Shown here: piece after piece, positions 21,924 to 33,604 of the stretch
Position numbering within the stretch: the first letter of the stretch is position 1
Layout of the letters: the number at the start of each line of letters is the position of its first letter
Assembly (NCBI RefSeq): GCF_001194135.2
Contig: NC_069000.1
Location: 42,097,685 to 42,132,262 of the forward strand
Origin: Octopus bimaculoides
Lineage: Eukaryota
Length of the DNA stretch: 34,578 nt
Direction of reading: 5' to 3'
Translations under genes and position numbers: made by a program
Notes under the pieces: model-generated
What the model saw: only the letters and a program-made list of their open reading frames with translations
Told to the model about the DNA's origin: nothing
The model's database searches: none

Positions 21924-24900
21924 ATATGTATGTATGTNNNNNNNNNNTGTATGTATGTATGTATGTATGTATGTATGTATGTATGTATGTATGTATGTAT
22001 GTATGTATAATTGGCTTACCGTTTTCGGTGATGATTTCGTCAAACAGACCTTCAGCAACAAGATAAGCTTCCAGTTCTTTGTGAAATAACCGAATCACAG
22101 ATCCTCCCTTGAATTTGAGAATTTGATAAGAGTAAAAACAGAGAAAAAATACGGAAAATAAAACATTAAAACAAGCTATTTTTTTAATAAGGAAATTTTA
22201 ATATAAATTTCTTCTACAGTATTCTATCGAATCCATAATGTATGCATAATGTATGGTTGCCCTGAATGTTAGAAATGAAGTTAGTGGATAACTAACATTG
22301 TATACTTTGCAGTTTTCCATATTTTATACACATTTGATCTCATAATCCGTACTTATATGTATATGCATAAAAACACATGTATATGCTCATGTAGCTAGAA
22401 AGATACATATGCGCATGTGTAGTACGCATATACAAATATGCGTGCACATACATACACATACCCACATCTATATGCATACAAATATACATATACACACATA
22501 TATAGATAGAAAAGTATACACACACTCATATATATGAATATGTTTTATGTCAAGTTATAGATAAAAATATTAAGTACTTTTTAGTAGAGCATATAGTTAC
22601 TAATTATTAGAAAGTAAAGGTTGAGAGTGACTTCGAAGTCTCACCTTACTAGCTATCATTAACCTCTTGTTTCATTCTAACCATATTTCAAAAAATTGAT
22701 TTTCAATTTTGAATTGATAGACAAAATCACGGCTGCGGTGGAATCTGTTGACTATCGAAGTATAAAAATCACTCACCTCTATGTATATCAGAAACGTGCT
22801 GCCTCGGTAGGCAAGGTAGGCACTGCCTACCTTGGATAAAATAGATCGATAGCAATATTTTCCGTTCATGGCAAAATATGCACCTAACTCAAAATCATGA
22901 AGGTTACTCTGACTACTATGTATAAAATGCAAAATGTTTTATTTTGTATAGATTAGGTAGGCATAATTCGTCCTTGCTTTTCAATCTCAGCACGCATAAT
23001 ACTGATGTAGCAAATGTGCTGCGTACATTCCTACAACAACGTTTTCTTTACGAGCTGTAAAGGCAGAAGTAAATCTGCCTTCAACTAAGCCGCACGCCTG
23101 TTTCGCTTATATTTTATGCATTTTACTACATAAAGGTCACCAACTGCCTGCCCTGAGTAATTACTGACGACTCGTGCATGCTGTATACGTACTAACAAAC
23201 AAACAAACACACACACACACACACACACACATACATGTAAACAACGTGCACACAACTTCAACTACAATCTTAAAATGCAGATACACTCCTCTGTACACGC
23301 ACATCTCACACCTCCTAGCTTTTAACTCTCCCTTAGAATCACATTCCCACTTGGGCCTTAATCCCATCGCTGGTCTGGTTTCGTTTTCTCTTTCTGTCAA
23401 CCTCTTTTTTCTAACTTACACTCTTTATATTTTTTTCTGATGACGAACCAGTCACATCCATCTCCTTCTTCAAAATATATATCAAACAGATAATCAAAAC
23501 AACTCACCCGAACAAATCTATTGTCTTCCAGATCCTCTCTGTAGCAGCCAACAAGTGTGAAACTAGATTTTTCCACTCCCAGATTTAGTTCTGAACTGTG
23601 GAAAATAATAAGTGGAAGTATTAGTAAAATCAACAAGAAGGAAATTTATGACAGTTATGGAGGAATGAAGGTGGCGAGGAATGGTAGGTAGGTAGGTGTG
23701 GATAGGCAGAAATGGTTGAGCACCAAACAACAAAATATATCGTGATTTTACACACAAGCATATTTATAAATACATATACATATACATACATGCATACATA
23801 CACCACACACATATACAAACACTAAACTGTGTCGAACCAATGAAGGTGGAGTACTCAATGCATATTGTAGAGTATGTACTTTACTTAAACTTGCACTGAA
23901 TGTTTATCACGCGAGTCGAGTTTCACTCCGATGCAATCTTCTGGTGAGAACTATTACATCCACTGCGATGGCTTACATCTCACTGCGTATGTGTGGATGT
24001 AGAATTCTAGTTTGTGTCTGCTCATTGTCTTCAGTTTCCCGCCCGTTGATTGGCTATTATATTTCTGTCTATTCAATAGTTGCTTTCTGTGGATTTGTCT
24101 ATACTTTATTTGAATCAGATGGTGCGTATTGAGTTTTGTTGTTTCAAATATTGAGTCGTTCAATGTTTGCATTTATCTGTTAATAACGTTGTTTATTTAT
24201 TTATTTCTTTTGGCCAAGTTTGTTACATTGATTAGAAGGCTGTGCAAGTGTGGTTAATATTCCGTTTCAAGATATTAACATTTGTGTTGGATTAATTTTA
24301 CTGATATGAATTTTGCTTTGGTGAGTTTAAAGATTTTTGGGGTTTATATTTTGTTGGTGCGGACTATGCATAGGTGGCCATATTTTTTGCTGTTTAATCT
24401 ATTTGTATCGCTATTTACTGTGATGTTTCTTTTTGAATTTATCTGTTAAAGACATGCATTTACAGAAGAGGCCGGTTAAGAGTATCACATATTGTAAACG
24501 GAGTTTCATGGTTGAGTGACTTTTGCTAATGTATGTCGAATTTTGTTTTCGCTATGATCGAAGAATTGAATGTCTTCTTTATGAGAAGTAATGTGGTGTT
24601 ACTTATTGAATTTGTCTGTGAAGCTAAATGAAATTTGTTTCTTTTATTGGAAAATTAAGGGTATCACATATTGGTGTTGGTGATATCTTACGGGTGGGAT
24701 TACTAATGTGAAGTTTTGAATTTGTTTTTGGTCATAGTCAAGTGGTTTGCATTATAAATAGTTTCATGTATTTGCGTATGTTTTGTTAAAGGCTTGTTTT
24801 AATCTTTTAGAGCAATAAATATGGTTCAATATCTGTGTCTTCGTGTGTATGTACGCGCGCTATGGCCAAAGATTGCTTTTAGTTTGTCTTTATATATAAA

Positions 24901-25706
24901 TATATGTGGAGAATTATGTTTGATTTGGGTTGGTTATTTGTAGTTCAATACATGTGGTTACCACTTTTAATATGAGTGTGTGGGGGCAAGAATGGGGTTA
25001 GAGGTAGTCGGACCAGTGCCCAAAGGTGAATTTGTTTTTGTGTCTGCAACATGACATTATTTCAGCCGTCTTGTTTAGTGAGAGTGCGTTATGGATGATT
25101 ATGTTCTAGTTTTTGCGTTGCATTGGTGACGATTCTGGAACTATTTATGAACGATACGGCACAGTTTGTTATTTTCTATTCTAGACTTGTAGTTATATTG
25201 TCTCTTCTAATTCTGTTTTTTTTTTGTTTAAACCAAAATAAATATCACAATTCTATGGAAATAAAGACGTTTTCTTACCCTTCAAAATTGCAGTCTATCT
25301 GGAACTTTTCACTGGTATGGAAGAAATGTCCTGGGGATTTAACACTTTCAAATACAATTTGGTCAAATAGTTGCACCTACAACAACAATAGTATCTCGAA
25401 ACATTATACGCATATAAACAATACATATCAAAACATACGGTCATATAAGAACATTTTTATATCGCTAATCTTCCATAAATACGTATTTTATGCATGTATG
25501 AATGCACAAAAACATATGCACACACAAGTGTACCTTCTAGCACACGTTGTATTTACTGGTAATACCGAGGAAGTTAGAGGATCCTATTTCGTAATAGACC
25601 AACCAACTTGCATTATAATGACAATCCACTTGCGGAAACGCGTGTATATTATAGAAAGTTTAAGATACCAATTACTTTTTCTGTATTCACTGCATGTGTG
25701 TGTGTG

Positions 25707-25744
<38 letters not shown>

Positions 25745-27456
25745 CTTCTTGAACTAGATTTATCTTTCCTCTTGCAAAGAAAACAGCGTCTATTTTAGCA
25801 GTTTGAACATCCACACAAGTCTTTAGTTAACTCGTCAATGATTAGGAAAAATCAGTAGAATAGAACCGGACCAAACAAGAAGTATGCTTGCAGGAAGACT
25901 ATTATCAATATGAATATGAGGTGTTTTACATCAGCTTACCACTTCCCCTTCTGACTTCACTTTGTATCTGGGCAAAATACGGAACTGTGCATTCTTGGCG
26001 TTGAACTCNNNNNNNNNNNNNNNNNNNNNNNNNNNNNNNNNNNNNNNNNNNNNNNNNNNNNNNNNNNNNNNNNNNNNNNNNNNNNNNNNNNNNNNNNNNN
26101 NNNNNNNNNNNNNNNNNNNNNNNNNNNNNNNNNNNNNNNNNNNNNNNNNNNNNNNNNNNNNNNNNNNNNNNNNNNNNNNNNNNNNNNNNNNNNNNNNNNN
26201 NNNNNNNNNNNNNNNNNNNNNNNNNNNNNNNNNNNNNNNNNNNNNNNNNNNNNNNNNNNNNNNNNNNNNNNNNNNNNNNNNNNNNNNNNNNNNNNNNNNN
26301 NNNNNNNNNNNNNNNNNNNNNNNNNNNNNNNNNNNNNNNNNNNNNNNNNNNNNNNNNNNNNNNNNNNNNNNNNNNNNNNNNNNNNNNNNNNNNNNNNNNN
26401 NNNNNNNNNNNNNNNNNNNNNNNNNNNNNNNNNNNNNNNNNNNNNNNNNNNNNNNNNNNNNNNNNNNNNNNNNNNNNNNNNNNNNNNNNNNNNNNNNNNN
26501 NNNNNNNNNNNNNNNNNNNNNNNNNNNNNNNNNNNNNNNNNNNNNNNNNNNNNNNNNNNNNNNNNNNNNNNNNNNNNNNNNNNNNNNNNNNNNNNNNNNN
26601 NNNNNNNNNNNNNNNNNNNNNNNNNNNNNNNNNNNNNNNNNNNNNNNNNNNNNNNNNNNNNNNNNNNNNNNNNNNNNNNNNNNNNNNNNNNNNNNNNNNN
26701 NNNNNNNNNNNNNNNNNNNNNNNNNNNNNNNNNNNNNNNNNNNNNNNNNNNNNNNNNNNNNNNNNNNNNNNNNNNNNNNNNNNNNNNNNNNNNNNNNNNN
26801 NNNNNNNNNNNNNNNNNNNNNNNNNNNNNNNNNNNNNNNNNNNNNNNNNNNNNNNNNNNNNNNNNNNNNNTATATGCATGTATGTTACTGTTCGTAAATG
26901 TTGTGTATATATATATATATATATATAGGCATATACATTACAGTGGTTTACTGACTAAAGAATATTTGCTTAATCTCCACTTGTTGAAAGCTTTCATTTC
27001 GTTTCCATTTTGGCACTTAATTCTGGTCGGATGTTAAACTTGTTTTGCGAAGTATAGCTCTGAAACTCAATATTATTTCAGAAGCCGCACATAATAGCTT
27101 TGCTAGCTGCATGTAGCTCTTAAATTGAGCTGGCTGAATCGTTAGCACACCGGACAAAATTCTTAGCGGCATTTCGCCCGTCTGAGTTCAAATTCCGCCG
27201 TGGTCGACTTTGCCTTTCATTCTCTCGGAATCGATAAAATAAATACCAGTTGATGTAGTCGGCTAACTGGGGTCGATGTAATCGGCTTACCCTCTTACCC
27301 GAAATTGCTGTCCTTGTGCCAAAATTTGAAACCGTTATTATTTGCAAGCTTAATGCGGTGAGCTGTCAGAATTGTTAACATGCTGGGAAAATTGCATTGC
27401 AGCATCTGTCTTTACATCCCGAGTTCAAATTCCGCCAAGGTTTACATTTTATATAC

Positions 27457-27493
<37 letters not shown>

Positions 27494-27965
27494 TGTGTGT
27501 CTTTGTGTCTGTATTTGTCCTACAACCACCACCATCACCATTTGACAACCGGTGTGTTTATGTCCCCGTAACATAACAGTTTGGCAAAATAGACAGAATA
27601 AGTATCAGGCTTCGACTAAACCTTCTTCGAGGCGGTGCCCCACCATGGCCGCAGTCTAATGACTGAAACAAGTAAAAAGGTGAAAGATATAGAAGATTCC
27701 GTAACACGAATAACTATCATTACATGTTTAAATAAGCATATTTTAATTCCATAACATGAATACATACGGTCACGTAATTACACTCATGCACTTAACGTGT
27801 GTATGTGTGTATGTGTGTATATAAGGGATTGGCAACGCCTCTACATACCATCATATTGTTCTTGTCATGCTGGCTTGTCTGTGTGGTACACATGTGTAAG
27901 TATTTGCTGGTGAAGCGATGCTTCAGCTGAAATGAATAATCGGAAAAGAAGCAAAAAGAAATGAG

Positions 27966-28013
<48 letters not shown>

Positions 28014-29126
28014 ATAATAGCCAAAAATTAGGTCGTGATGATAGTAGGAATTGGGGATAAATGTAAAATTACAGTTATATGACCTCTCTTTCCCACTTTC
28101 TCTCAACCTATACACGCATACATAAATGCATAATACATACATTCATATATATAAAAGATTGGCAAGTACCTATAAATGGCATTAAATTATTTATAGATGT
28201 TACATAAACAAAAAAACATATATATATATATATGACGGAGGGAGAAAATATAAACTTTGGTGAGTAATTCTTTACAGCTGTTTCAAAAAATTTACTAACT
28301 TCTTGATGCAGTAAAATGTCTTATGCAAACACACAAATAGATGAAGTATACATATACTGATGCACTATTTCATATAAAAAAAAGTAAAACCTGACATGTT
28401 AATGTGTTGAAATATCTAACTTACTCGTGACATAATGAATTTTGCTATCCATCCTTCTATCGAGAAAATTCGCGCTACGGTGCTTTCGGCTTGAACAAAG
28501 ATAAGTAGACCTGCACAAGTAGATGTGGGTGTTTTCCTAAGAAAACTGGATCTCTTCCTGTCGAGAGTCCCAGATGAACCTACCTCACGGCTGGAGGCCC
28601 AAATAAGAGCAGCGACATCAGAACGCGCTTATTCATCAAATGTCACATATCAGAGGAGGCTCTCAAAACAGCGTTGCTCCAGCATGGCCTGCAGCCTTGG
28701 GTTGACACCGATGAAAGTAAAAAAGTAATACACACACACACACACATATAATGTATATATGTATGTATGTAGGAATATACGTATATGTGTGTGTGTGTCC
28801 CCGCTTGACAACCGGTGTTGGTGCGTTTATATCACCGTAACTTAGCACTTCAGCAAAAGAGAGCGATAGAAAAGGTATCAGGCTTCAGTAAAGAAAAATG
28901 TTCTGGGGTTGATTTGTTCGACTAAAATTCTTCAAGGCCGTGCCCCAGCATGGCCGCAGACTAATGGGTGAAACAAGCAGAAGAATATAGGAATAACAGA
29001 AAAGGCAAAAGTTAATGGAATAAGAATGAAAATACCAACTTGAACAATTTCTCCATAGCGCACCCGTTTGCCATGCTGACGCTTTTGTTCCGAAGCATTG
29101 TCGTTGTCCTCGGCTTCTGCTGCCAT
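10913..29126 (-). CDS. ITPR: Divergent inositol 1,4,5-trisphosphate receptor-like gene (partial; 15 visible exons, suppressor + IP3-binding core/MIR + RIH region)
   Basis: Manually spliced exons with GT-AG ends and consistent phases give a colinear match to the ITPR N-terminal ~650 aa: [71 protein letters not shown] (compare ITPR1 [63 protein letters not shown], recalled from memory). Confidence 0.93.
11048..11273. mobile_element. piggyBac-like MITE
   Basis: TTAA on both sides (11044-11047, 11274-11277); TIR TCCATTAAGTCTCA vs CCCATTAAGTCCCA (12/14); internal GTGTCCTAT..ATAGGACA palindromes at 11181-11200 and 11240-11258. Confidence 0.7.
11520..12240. repeat. (GT)n and (GA)n microsatellites flanking N-gap 11585-12134
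   Basis: Direct reading. Confidence 0.95.
12312..12764. mobile_element. Foldback tRNA-head/hammerhead element (copy 2)
   Basis: Same order of parts as 1-458; head 12521-12593; perfect junction palindrome ATATGCCCATGGGCATAT at 12511-12528; right arm has a ~40-bp deletion removing CTGATGA and half of stem II. Confidence 0.8.
12364..12409 (-). ncRNA. Minimal type-I hammerhead motif, core intact (CUGAAGA), sense to the ITPR pre-mRNA
   Basis: Reverse strand: GACAC CTGAAGA A GGCTG AAGGGTATAT CAGCT GAAA CGT T GTGTT. Confidence 0.7.
12781..12903 (-). CDS. ITPR: ITPR-like exon (RIH): [41 protein letters not shown]
   Basis: Acceptor cttcttccag, donor gtaagg, 123 bp phase 0-0; aligns to [35 protein letters not shown]. 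Confidence 0.93.
13090..13241 (+). mobile_element. SINE family A copy (runs into gap)
   Basis: Aligns by eye to 21154-21352. Confidence 0.75.
14124..14309 (-). CDS. ITPR: ITPR-like exon (RIH): [62 protein letters not shown]
   Basis: Acceptor ttcatgtag, donor gtaagt, 186 bp phase 0-0; RKN..Y.AK motif as in ITPR1 YRKNQEYIAKQFGFMQKQ. Confidence 0.94.
15026..15106 (-). CDS. ITPR: ITPR-like exon: [27 protein letters not shown]
   Basis: Acceptor tatattacag, donor gtaagt, 81 bp phase 0-0; contains the RQKLMR IP3-binding motif. Confidence 0.93.
15481..16067 (-). mobile_element. R4/Dong-like non-LTR retrotransposon 3' fragment (zinc knuckle + restriction-like endonuclease), inactivated
   Basis: Reverse translation [17 protein letters not shown]...RHDQVAK...LLWDFPIQT...HNRSDLV...CYIVDVACP...KIDKY-like...[12 protein letters not shown]...[21 protein letters not shown], with stops and frameshifts. 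Confidence 0.8.
16745..17095 (-). mobile_element. Second R4/Dong-like endonuclease fragment, different lineage
   Basis: Reverse translation [33 protein letters not shown]...KIFEK...KIALM, matching the D..I..N.PDI...CLLID motif. Confidence 0.65.
17139..17198. repeat. (GATA)n microsatellite (another at ~19125-19197)
   Basis: Direct reading. Confidence 0.95.
17370..17414 (-). CDS. ITPR: ITPR-like mini-exon: [15 protein letters not shown]
   Basis: Long pyrimidine tract + ttgaag acceptor, donor gtaagt, 45 bp phase 0-0; fills the helix between the flanking exons. Confidence 0.7.
17623..17748 (-). CDS. ITPR: ITPR-like exon: [42 protein letters not shown]
   Basis: Acceptor cccatttcag, donor gtaagt, 126 bp phase 0-0; aligns to [30 protein letters not shown]. 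Confidence 0.88.
19458..19536 (-). CDS. ITPR: ITPR-like exon (MIR): [26 protein letters not shown]
   Basis: Acceptor ttcattctag, donor gtaagg, 79 bp phase 0-1; aligns to [16 protein letters not shown]. Confidence 0.92.
19566..19646 (+). mobile_element. SINE family A, head only
   Basis: GGCGGTGAGCTGACAGAATCGTTAGCA...TCTGAGTTCAAA. Confidence 0.7.
20278..20423 (-). CDS. ITPR: ITPR-like exon (MIR): [48 protein letters not shown]
   Basis: Acceptor aataatag, donor gtgaga, 146 bp phase 1-0; W...RxRHLAT.YL MIR motif. Confidence 0.93.
20695..20802 (-). CDS. ITPR: ITPR-like exon: (V)[35 protein letters not shown](G)
   Basis: Acceptor ttactctgcag, donor gtaagt, 108 bp phase 1-1; aligns to [24 protein letters not shown]. 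Confidence 0.88.
21154..21352 (+). mobile_element. tRNA-derived SINE family A (central GCCTTTCATCCTTTCGGG-TCGATAAA block, Meta-domain-like)
   Basis: GGCGGCGAGCTGGCAGAAACGTTAGCAC...TCTGAGTTCAAAT head; homologous copies at 13090, 19566, 27125 and 27352. Confidence 0.75.
22020..22107 (-). CDS. ITPR: ITPR-like exon (MIR): [29 protein letters not shown]
   Basis: Acceptor aaattcaag, donor gtaagc, 88 bp phase 0-1; aligns to [16 protein letters not shown]. Confidence 0.92.
23508..23595 (-). CDS. ITPR: ITPR-like exon: [29 protein letters not shown]
   Basis: Acceptor ttttccacag, donor gtgagt, 88 bp phase 2-0; aligns to [29 protein letters not shown]. Confidence 0.85.
23940..25130 (-). mobile_element. 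Highly degraded retroelement remnant, possibly Penelope-like
   Basis: Long T-rich (+) tract with the same compositional style as 1690-2950; no intact motif found. Confidence 0.25.
25279..25376 (-). CDS. ITPR: ITPR-like exon: [32 protein letters not shown](G)
   Basis: Acceptor ttgttgtag, donor gtaaga, 98 bp phase 0-2; joins in frame to the next exon. Confidence 0.88.
25940..26008 (-). CDS. ITPR: ITPR-like exon, 5' part lost in N-gap: ...[23 protein letters not shown]
   Basis: Open frame runs out of the gap at 26008; donor gtaagc; aligns to [22 protein letters not shown]. Confidence 0.88.
27125..27445 (+). mobile_element. Two adjacent SINE family A copies (27125-27335 near full length; 27352-27445 truncated)
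   Basis: Both carry the family A head and TGAGTTCAAATTCCGCC. Confidence 0.7.
27490..27680 (+). mobile_element. SINE family B 3' part
   Basis: TTGACAACCGGTG...CATGGCCGCAG.CTAATG..TGAAACAAG tail shared with 28790-28985 and 33205-33350 (reverse). Confidence 0.65.
27849..27926 (-). CDS. ITPR: ITPR-like exon: [26 protein letters not shown]
   Basis: Acceptor ttcatttcag, donor gtatgt, 78 bp phase 0-0; aligns to [25 protein letters not shown]. Confidence 0.9.
28510..28645 (+). mobile_element. LINE (CR1/L2-group-like) ORF2 3' end fragment
   Basis: Translation [21 protein letters not shown]...RAATS resembles the F.R.LD.FL..IPDEP C-terminus of such LINEs. Confidence 0.5.
28790..28985 (+). mobile_element. 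SINE family B 3' part
   Basis: Homologous to 27490-27680. Confidence 0.65.
29040..29126 (-). CDS. ITPR: ITPR-like exon: [29 protein letters not shown]
   Basis: Acceptor tttcccgctag, donor gttggt, 87 bp phase 0-0; aligns to ITPR1 [28 protein letters not shown]. Confidence 0.9.
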
Positions 29127-29414
29127 CTAGCGGGAAATAGAAACGCACAGGACATTAATATGCAATAATAAAAAAATACATTAATAATAAATAAAACAAA
29201 AAATAAACCACCAAAAATAACAATAACAACAACAGCAACAATGACAACAAGGCAACAGAGCGAACTTTTTTACGCGAACGATCAGCCTGCAGGAAAAAGC
29301 AGCCAAATCACCTTCGAATCTCACCCTAGATGGAGTTTTGTCGCTTTCGATGATAATCACACACACATGCACACATACACACTCTCACATATATATGTGT
29401 GTATGCATGTATGC

Positions 29415-29459
<45 letters not shown>

Positions 29460-29479
29460 TAACATATAATTGCCAATCA

Positions 29480-29780
29480 AGTGTGGCGTCCAATACAGGG
29501 AAGTGCTACTGACGTTTATAGACCCAGGAAGACATCTCTTCCACCTAGCTAACGACACACATTGTGTCTAATTAGTATTTCCGAGGGGAAGTCACTCCAC
29601 TTTGGAGTAATTCAAAGGGCCAGCTTTGTTACTTTTTGTGTCACGCTGATTATCTTTGAGAACAAAGGTATGCCTGTCTGTGGAGTATTCAACCACTTGC
29701 ATGCTAATTTTATGAGCAGGTTGTTCCGTTGAGCGGATCAACTGGAACCCATGTCGTTTTAACCGACAGAGTGCCAGTCA
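29480..29780 (-). mobile_element. Unclassified interspersed repeat (SINE-like)
   Basis: GC-richer island whose reverse strand (GGCACTCTGTCGG...GGGTTCCAGTTGATCCG) resembles an abundant cephalopod repeat recalled from memory; only one copy in the window. Confidence 0.35.
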
Positions 29781-29923
29781 GACATATTTCTCATTCGCTG
29801 CTTTGATTTTACGATTCTTTTTCTCTTTGTTTCAGTTTGTGTAGCATTCCATCACTCATTGCCCACCACCAAGCTTAGTTTGTGCACTCGTCCTATATAT
29901 CCCGTGTTAACTCTTTCTCCCTT

Positions 29924-29959
<36 letters not shown>

Positions 29960-30471
29960 CCCTCTACTTCCTCTCTCTCCTCTATACGGTATAAAACGTG
30001 ACCTGGCGAAACCAACCAACCATCCATCCATCCAACCAGCCAATCGACATGAATATCTACTCTTATTACACAGAGGTGACACACCTATGCGTAATCATTG
30101 ATACACTTTGCCATGTTACCAATTGCCTATGTAATCATAGCTGTACGCTGGTCAAGAAGTTCGCTTCTTTGACCCAGGTGGTCAGTATTTCAATGTAATA
30201 TACACCTCTAACGAACACATCTACCAAGTTATGGAGCGGGAGAGTGAGTCTCCTGTTGCAGTCTATCTATTTACGTGGATGCATTTAAAAAGTATTTCGC
30301 TTTTCATGTATCTTTGTTTGTTTGTATTTTCTTTTTTTTTTGTTTGTTTGTTTTTTTATTTTTATTTTCATTTAACCTTTATCTTGCTCAACATATATCA
30401 CATTGAATAGCGACGGACTACGTACATAATATTTTAATAACATACTTAATTACGGCAACATTTCGACAAGC

Positions 30472-30508
<37 letters not shown>

Positions 30509-31096
30509 TGATTTCCTAACTTTAATAGTTTCTGCAATAACAGAGTGGGTACTCATGCAGTTAACCAACGAAACAAACAAACAACGAATAAAAATAAGAA
30601 ACACACAAAACATAATTTGATGGTTGAAAAGATGGCGTACGAGCGTGTACTGCGCGCGTATTGCCATAAAAAGGCATAGACATCAGGAACGTCATTAACA
30701 CTTCACTTCCGAGTTTATCTAAGATGTCTTAATTTTATTATTTTTATTATCAAATCTGTATAATAATCAAAGTAAAATTTCGCTTGAAAATAAAACAGAT
30801 TTGCTACAGTGAAAAGAAAGGTCTTTGAAATTAATGTAGGCGTAGGACTTTGTAGGAGATGCCGACAGGAGAGCGATAGATATATTGATAAGCAAATGAA
30901 AATTTACCGCCATTGCGTAAAATATTTACGCCAGATAGATCACAGACTGTAATGGCGTTGTTCCCTGTCTCAACACAATCTCTTCATAAAGGATGAGTAA
31001 AAAACATATTTTCTTGAAGAAGGATACTGTGTTGTTATTAATTAGTTTATTAAAAAAAGATGGAGGAAGGTGATAACAACAGTAACAAAACCGACA

Positions 31097-31131
<35 letters not shown>

Positions 31132-31195
31132 GATGATGATGATGATCGCGAGTAAATCGTACTTTATCTTCTGTCTTTCTCATATTCATTTAATA

Positions 31196-31331
31196 CAGTA
31201 GTACCTCGGTTAACGAACGCCTCAGATCAAGAATAAATCGTGGTTTATATATATATCTATATCTATCTATCTCTATATATAAAGCATGATTTATACGCGA
31301 TCAGAACTGTTCGAAAACCGAGGAGCCACTG
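31196..31331. mobile_element. Tigger/pogo-like (Tc1-mariner) MITE
   Basis: TA on both sides; TIR CAGTAGTACCTCGGTTAACGAAC vs CAGTGGCTCCTCGGTTTTCGAAC (18/23). Confidence 0.7.
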
Positions 31332-32539
31332 TATATATATAATAAAGGTGGCTGGAGGCAATATAAAACCAAAAAGGAAAAATTCAGTGGTCACTAATAG
31401 TGACTGAGGGTGCCGAGTAGCACCTACTTTGCTAGAAACAAGAGTCAAAGATCCTTATAGCCACAAACATAGCATGAGTCTATGTACCGACAGGGGAGTC
31501 CACCGCCTCACAGCGAGCGAGGGTACTAAATTGGCAAGGCGATTAAAGCTCATCAGTAGTACTCGTCCATTGCTGATAGTTAAAATAAATCTTACCTGTC
31601 AGTGTACAGAGTTTACAATAAGCATCAATGGCTGATTCAGCAAAATGGTAATGCGAAAATTATAAAATAATTAAGATGGCTAGACGCAATATAAAACCAA
31701 AAACGAAAAATTCAATTGTCACTAATAGTAACTGAGCGTCACTACATACATACATACATACGTACATACATACGTACGTACATACATACGTACGTACATA
31801 CATACGTACGTACATACATACATAGAAAGATGAGACAGACAGACAGATAACTAGACAGACAGGGATATGTACATAAGAATAAGGTGCATATCAGTATAAA
31901 TAATTGAGGAATTTAAAGAACATACTATAATGCAGCTGAGTACATTATATGCTATATTTTTAACTTAAATTGCATACATTGCAACTGACTATTTCGTTCA
32001 GATATTTTTTGTAATAGGGCAACAAAAGTTGTGATATTTGCTTGTCGGAGAAAAGTAAAAGTGACTATGTTGTTTCTTAAAGGGTCCATCTTCAAAATAG
32101 GTTCAGAACTCATCATTTTGTTGCCATAAAATGAAAATATTCAACAAATTCTTTTAAATCACCAGACGGCTAATAAATCGAATAATTGCGTAATAGATTC
32201 ATTCACATGCTGAAAGCAACATACGTTTTCTATAGTTGATGTTATTTTTGTCGGCATGTACCGAAAAGGCGAACTAGTAAATGACTGATAGCTTTATACA
32301 ATAAAGTTCCAACGAGATCAAAGGCTTCCCATATTGCTAACATGCTTATTCAGCAATTTTCATAATTATTAACTCCGTATATAAATGTAAAATCGTTTCA
32401 TTTATTTCATTGATTGCTTGAAAACAGGTAAAACGTGAAACTAAAAGTAACAATGTATGTAATTTAAGCTTTAAATATAATTCATATATGCATGTATACG
32501 AATGTATATATATATTAACACAACCCCACTATTTACTGA

Positions 32540-32870
<331 letters not shown>

Positions 32871-33109
32871 TGTGTGCGCATGTGTGTTTTATACATTTTC
32901 ATAGTTCCAGTGATGCTTCTAATTGTAATTTCTTAACCAAGTGTATCGTTTTTGGTTGAATGAAGCACAGCTTATTAAGTTTCTGGGTTAAGGTAATCAA
33001 TTTCATAATCAAGCGTCCCGTTAATGACAGGTACTTATCTAAAGATAATGATGGGTGTCTAGTATCTACAGATTTTAATTTGCCACAGATGATTCCTATC
33101 TCTCTCTCT

Positions 33110-33153
<44 letters not shown>

Positions 33154-33168
33154 TATATATATATAAAT

Positions 33169-33204
<36 letters not shown>

Positions 33205-33205
<1 letters not shown>

Positions 33206-33350
33206 TGTTTCAGTCATTTGACTGCGGCCATGCTGGAGCACTGCTTTTAGTCGAGCAAATCGACCCAAGGACTTTGTAAGCCTACTATTTATTCTATCGG
33301 CCTCTTTGCCGAACCGCTACGTTACGGGGACGTAAACACACCAGTATCAT
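33205..33350 (-). mobile_element. SINE family B 3' part, reverse
   Basis: TTGTTTCAGTCATTTGACTGCGGCCATGCTGG is the reverse complement of the family B tail. Confidence 0.65.
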
Positions 33351-33369
33351 GTTGCACGCAGGATCGCAG

Positions 33370-33585
33370 GATTGTAGTTTCGATTCCAGGGCGGAGTGGC
33401 GCGTTGTGTTCTTGAGTAAGACACACCACTTCACGTTGTTTCCATTTCACTCGGCTGCAAATGTGTAACCCTGTGACTAACAGGTGTCCCATTCAGGAGG
33501 AATATTTTGATACCAGACTCTCCTACGTTATGGAAACCAGGTAACCGGCCATGTGACTCCCAGGGCTCAAGACAGTAATGTCTAG
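33370..33585 (+). mobile_element. SINE-like fragment, possibly CORE-type
   Basis: B-box-like TTCGATTCC followed by GTTGTGTTCTTGAGTAAGACAC, resembling the CORE-SINE central domain. Confidence 0.45.
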
Positions 33586-33604
33586 GGACTGCTGCTACGC
33601 ATGC

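Noticed and set aside
31596-31631. 36-nt AG...GT-flanked candidate exon (IDAYCKLCTLT)
   Set aside because: It lies between direct repeats of a likely mobile element and does not match the ITPR N-terminus.
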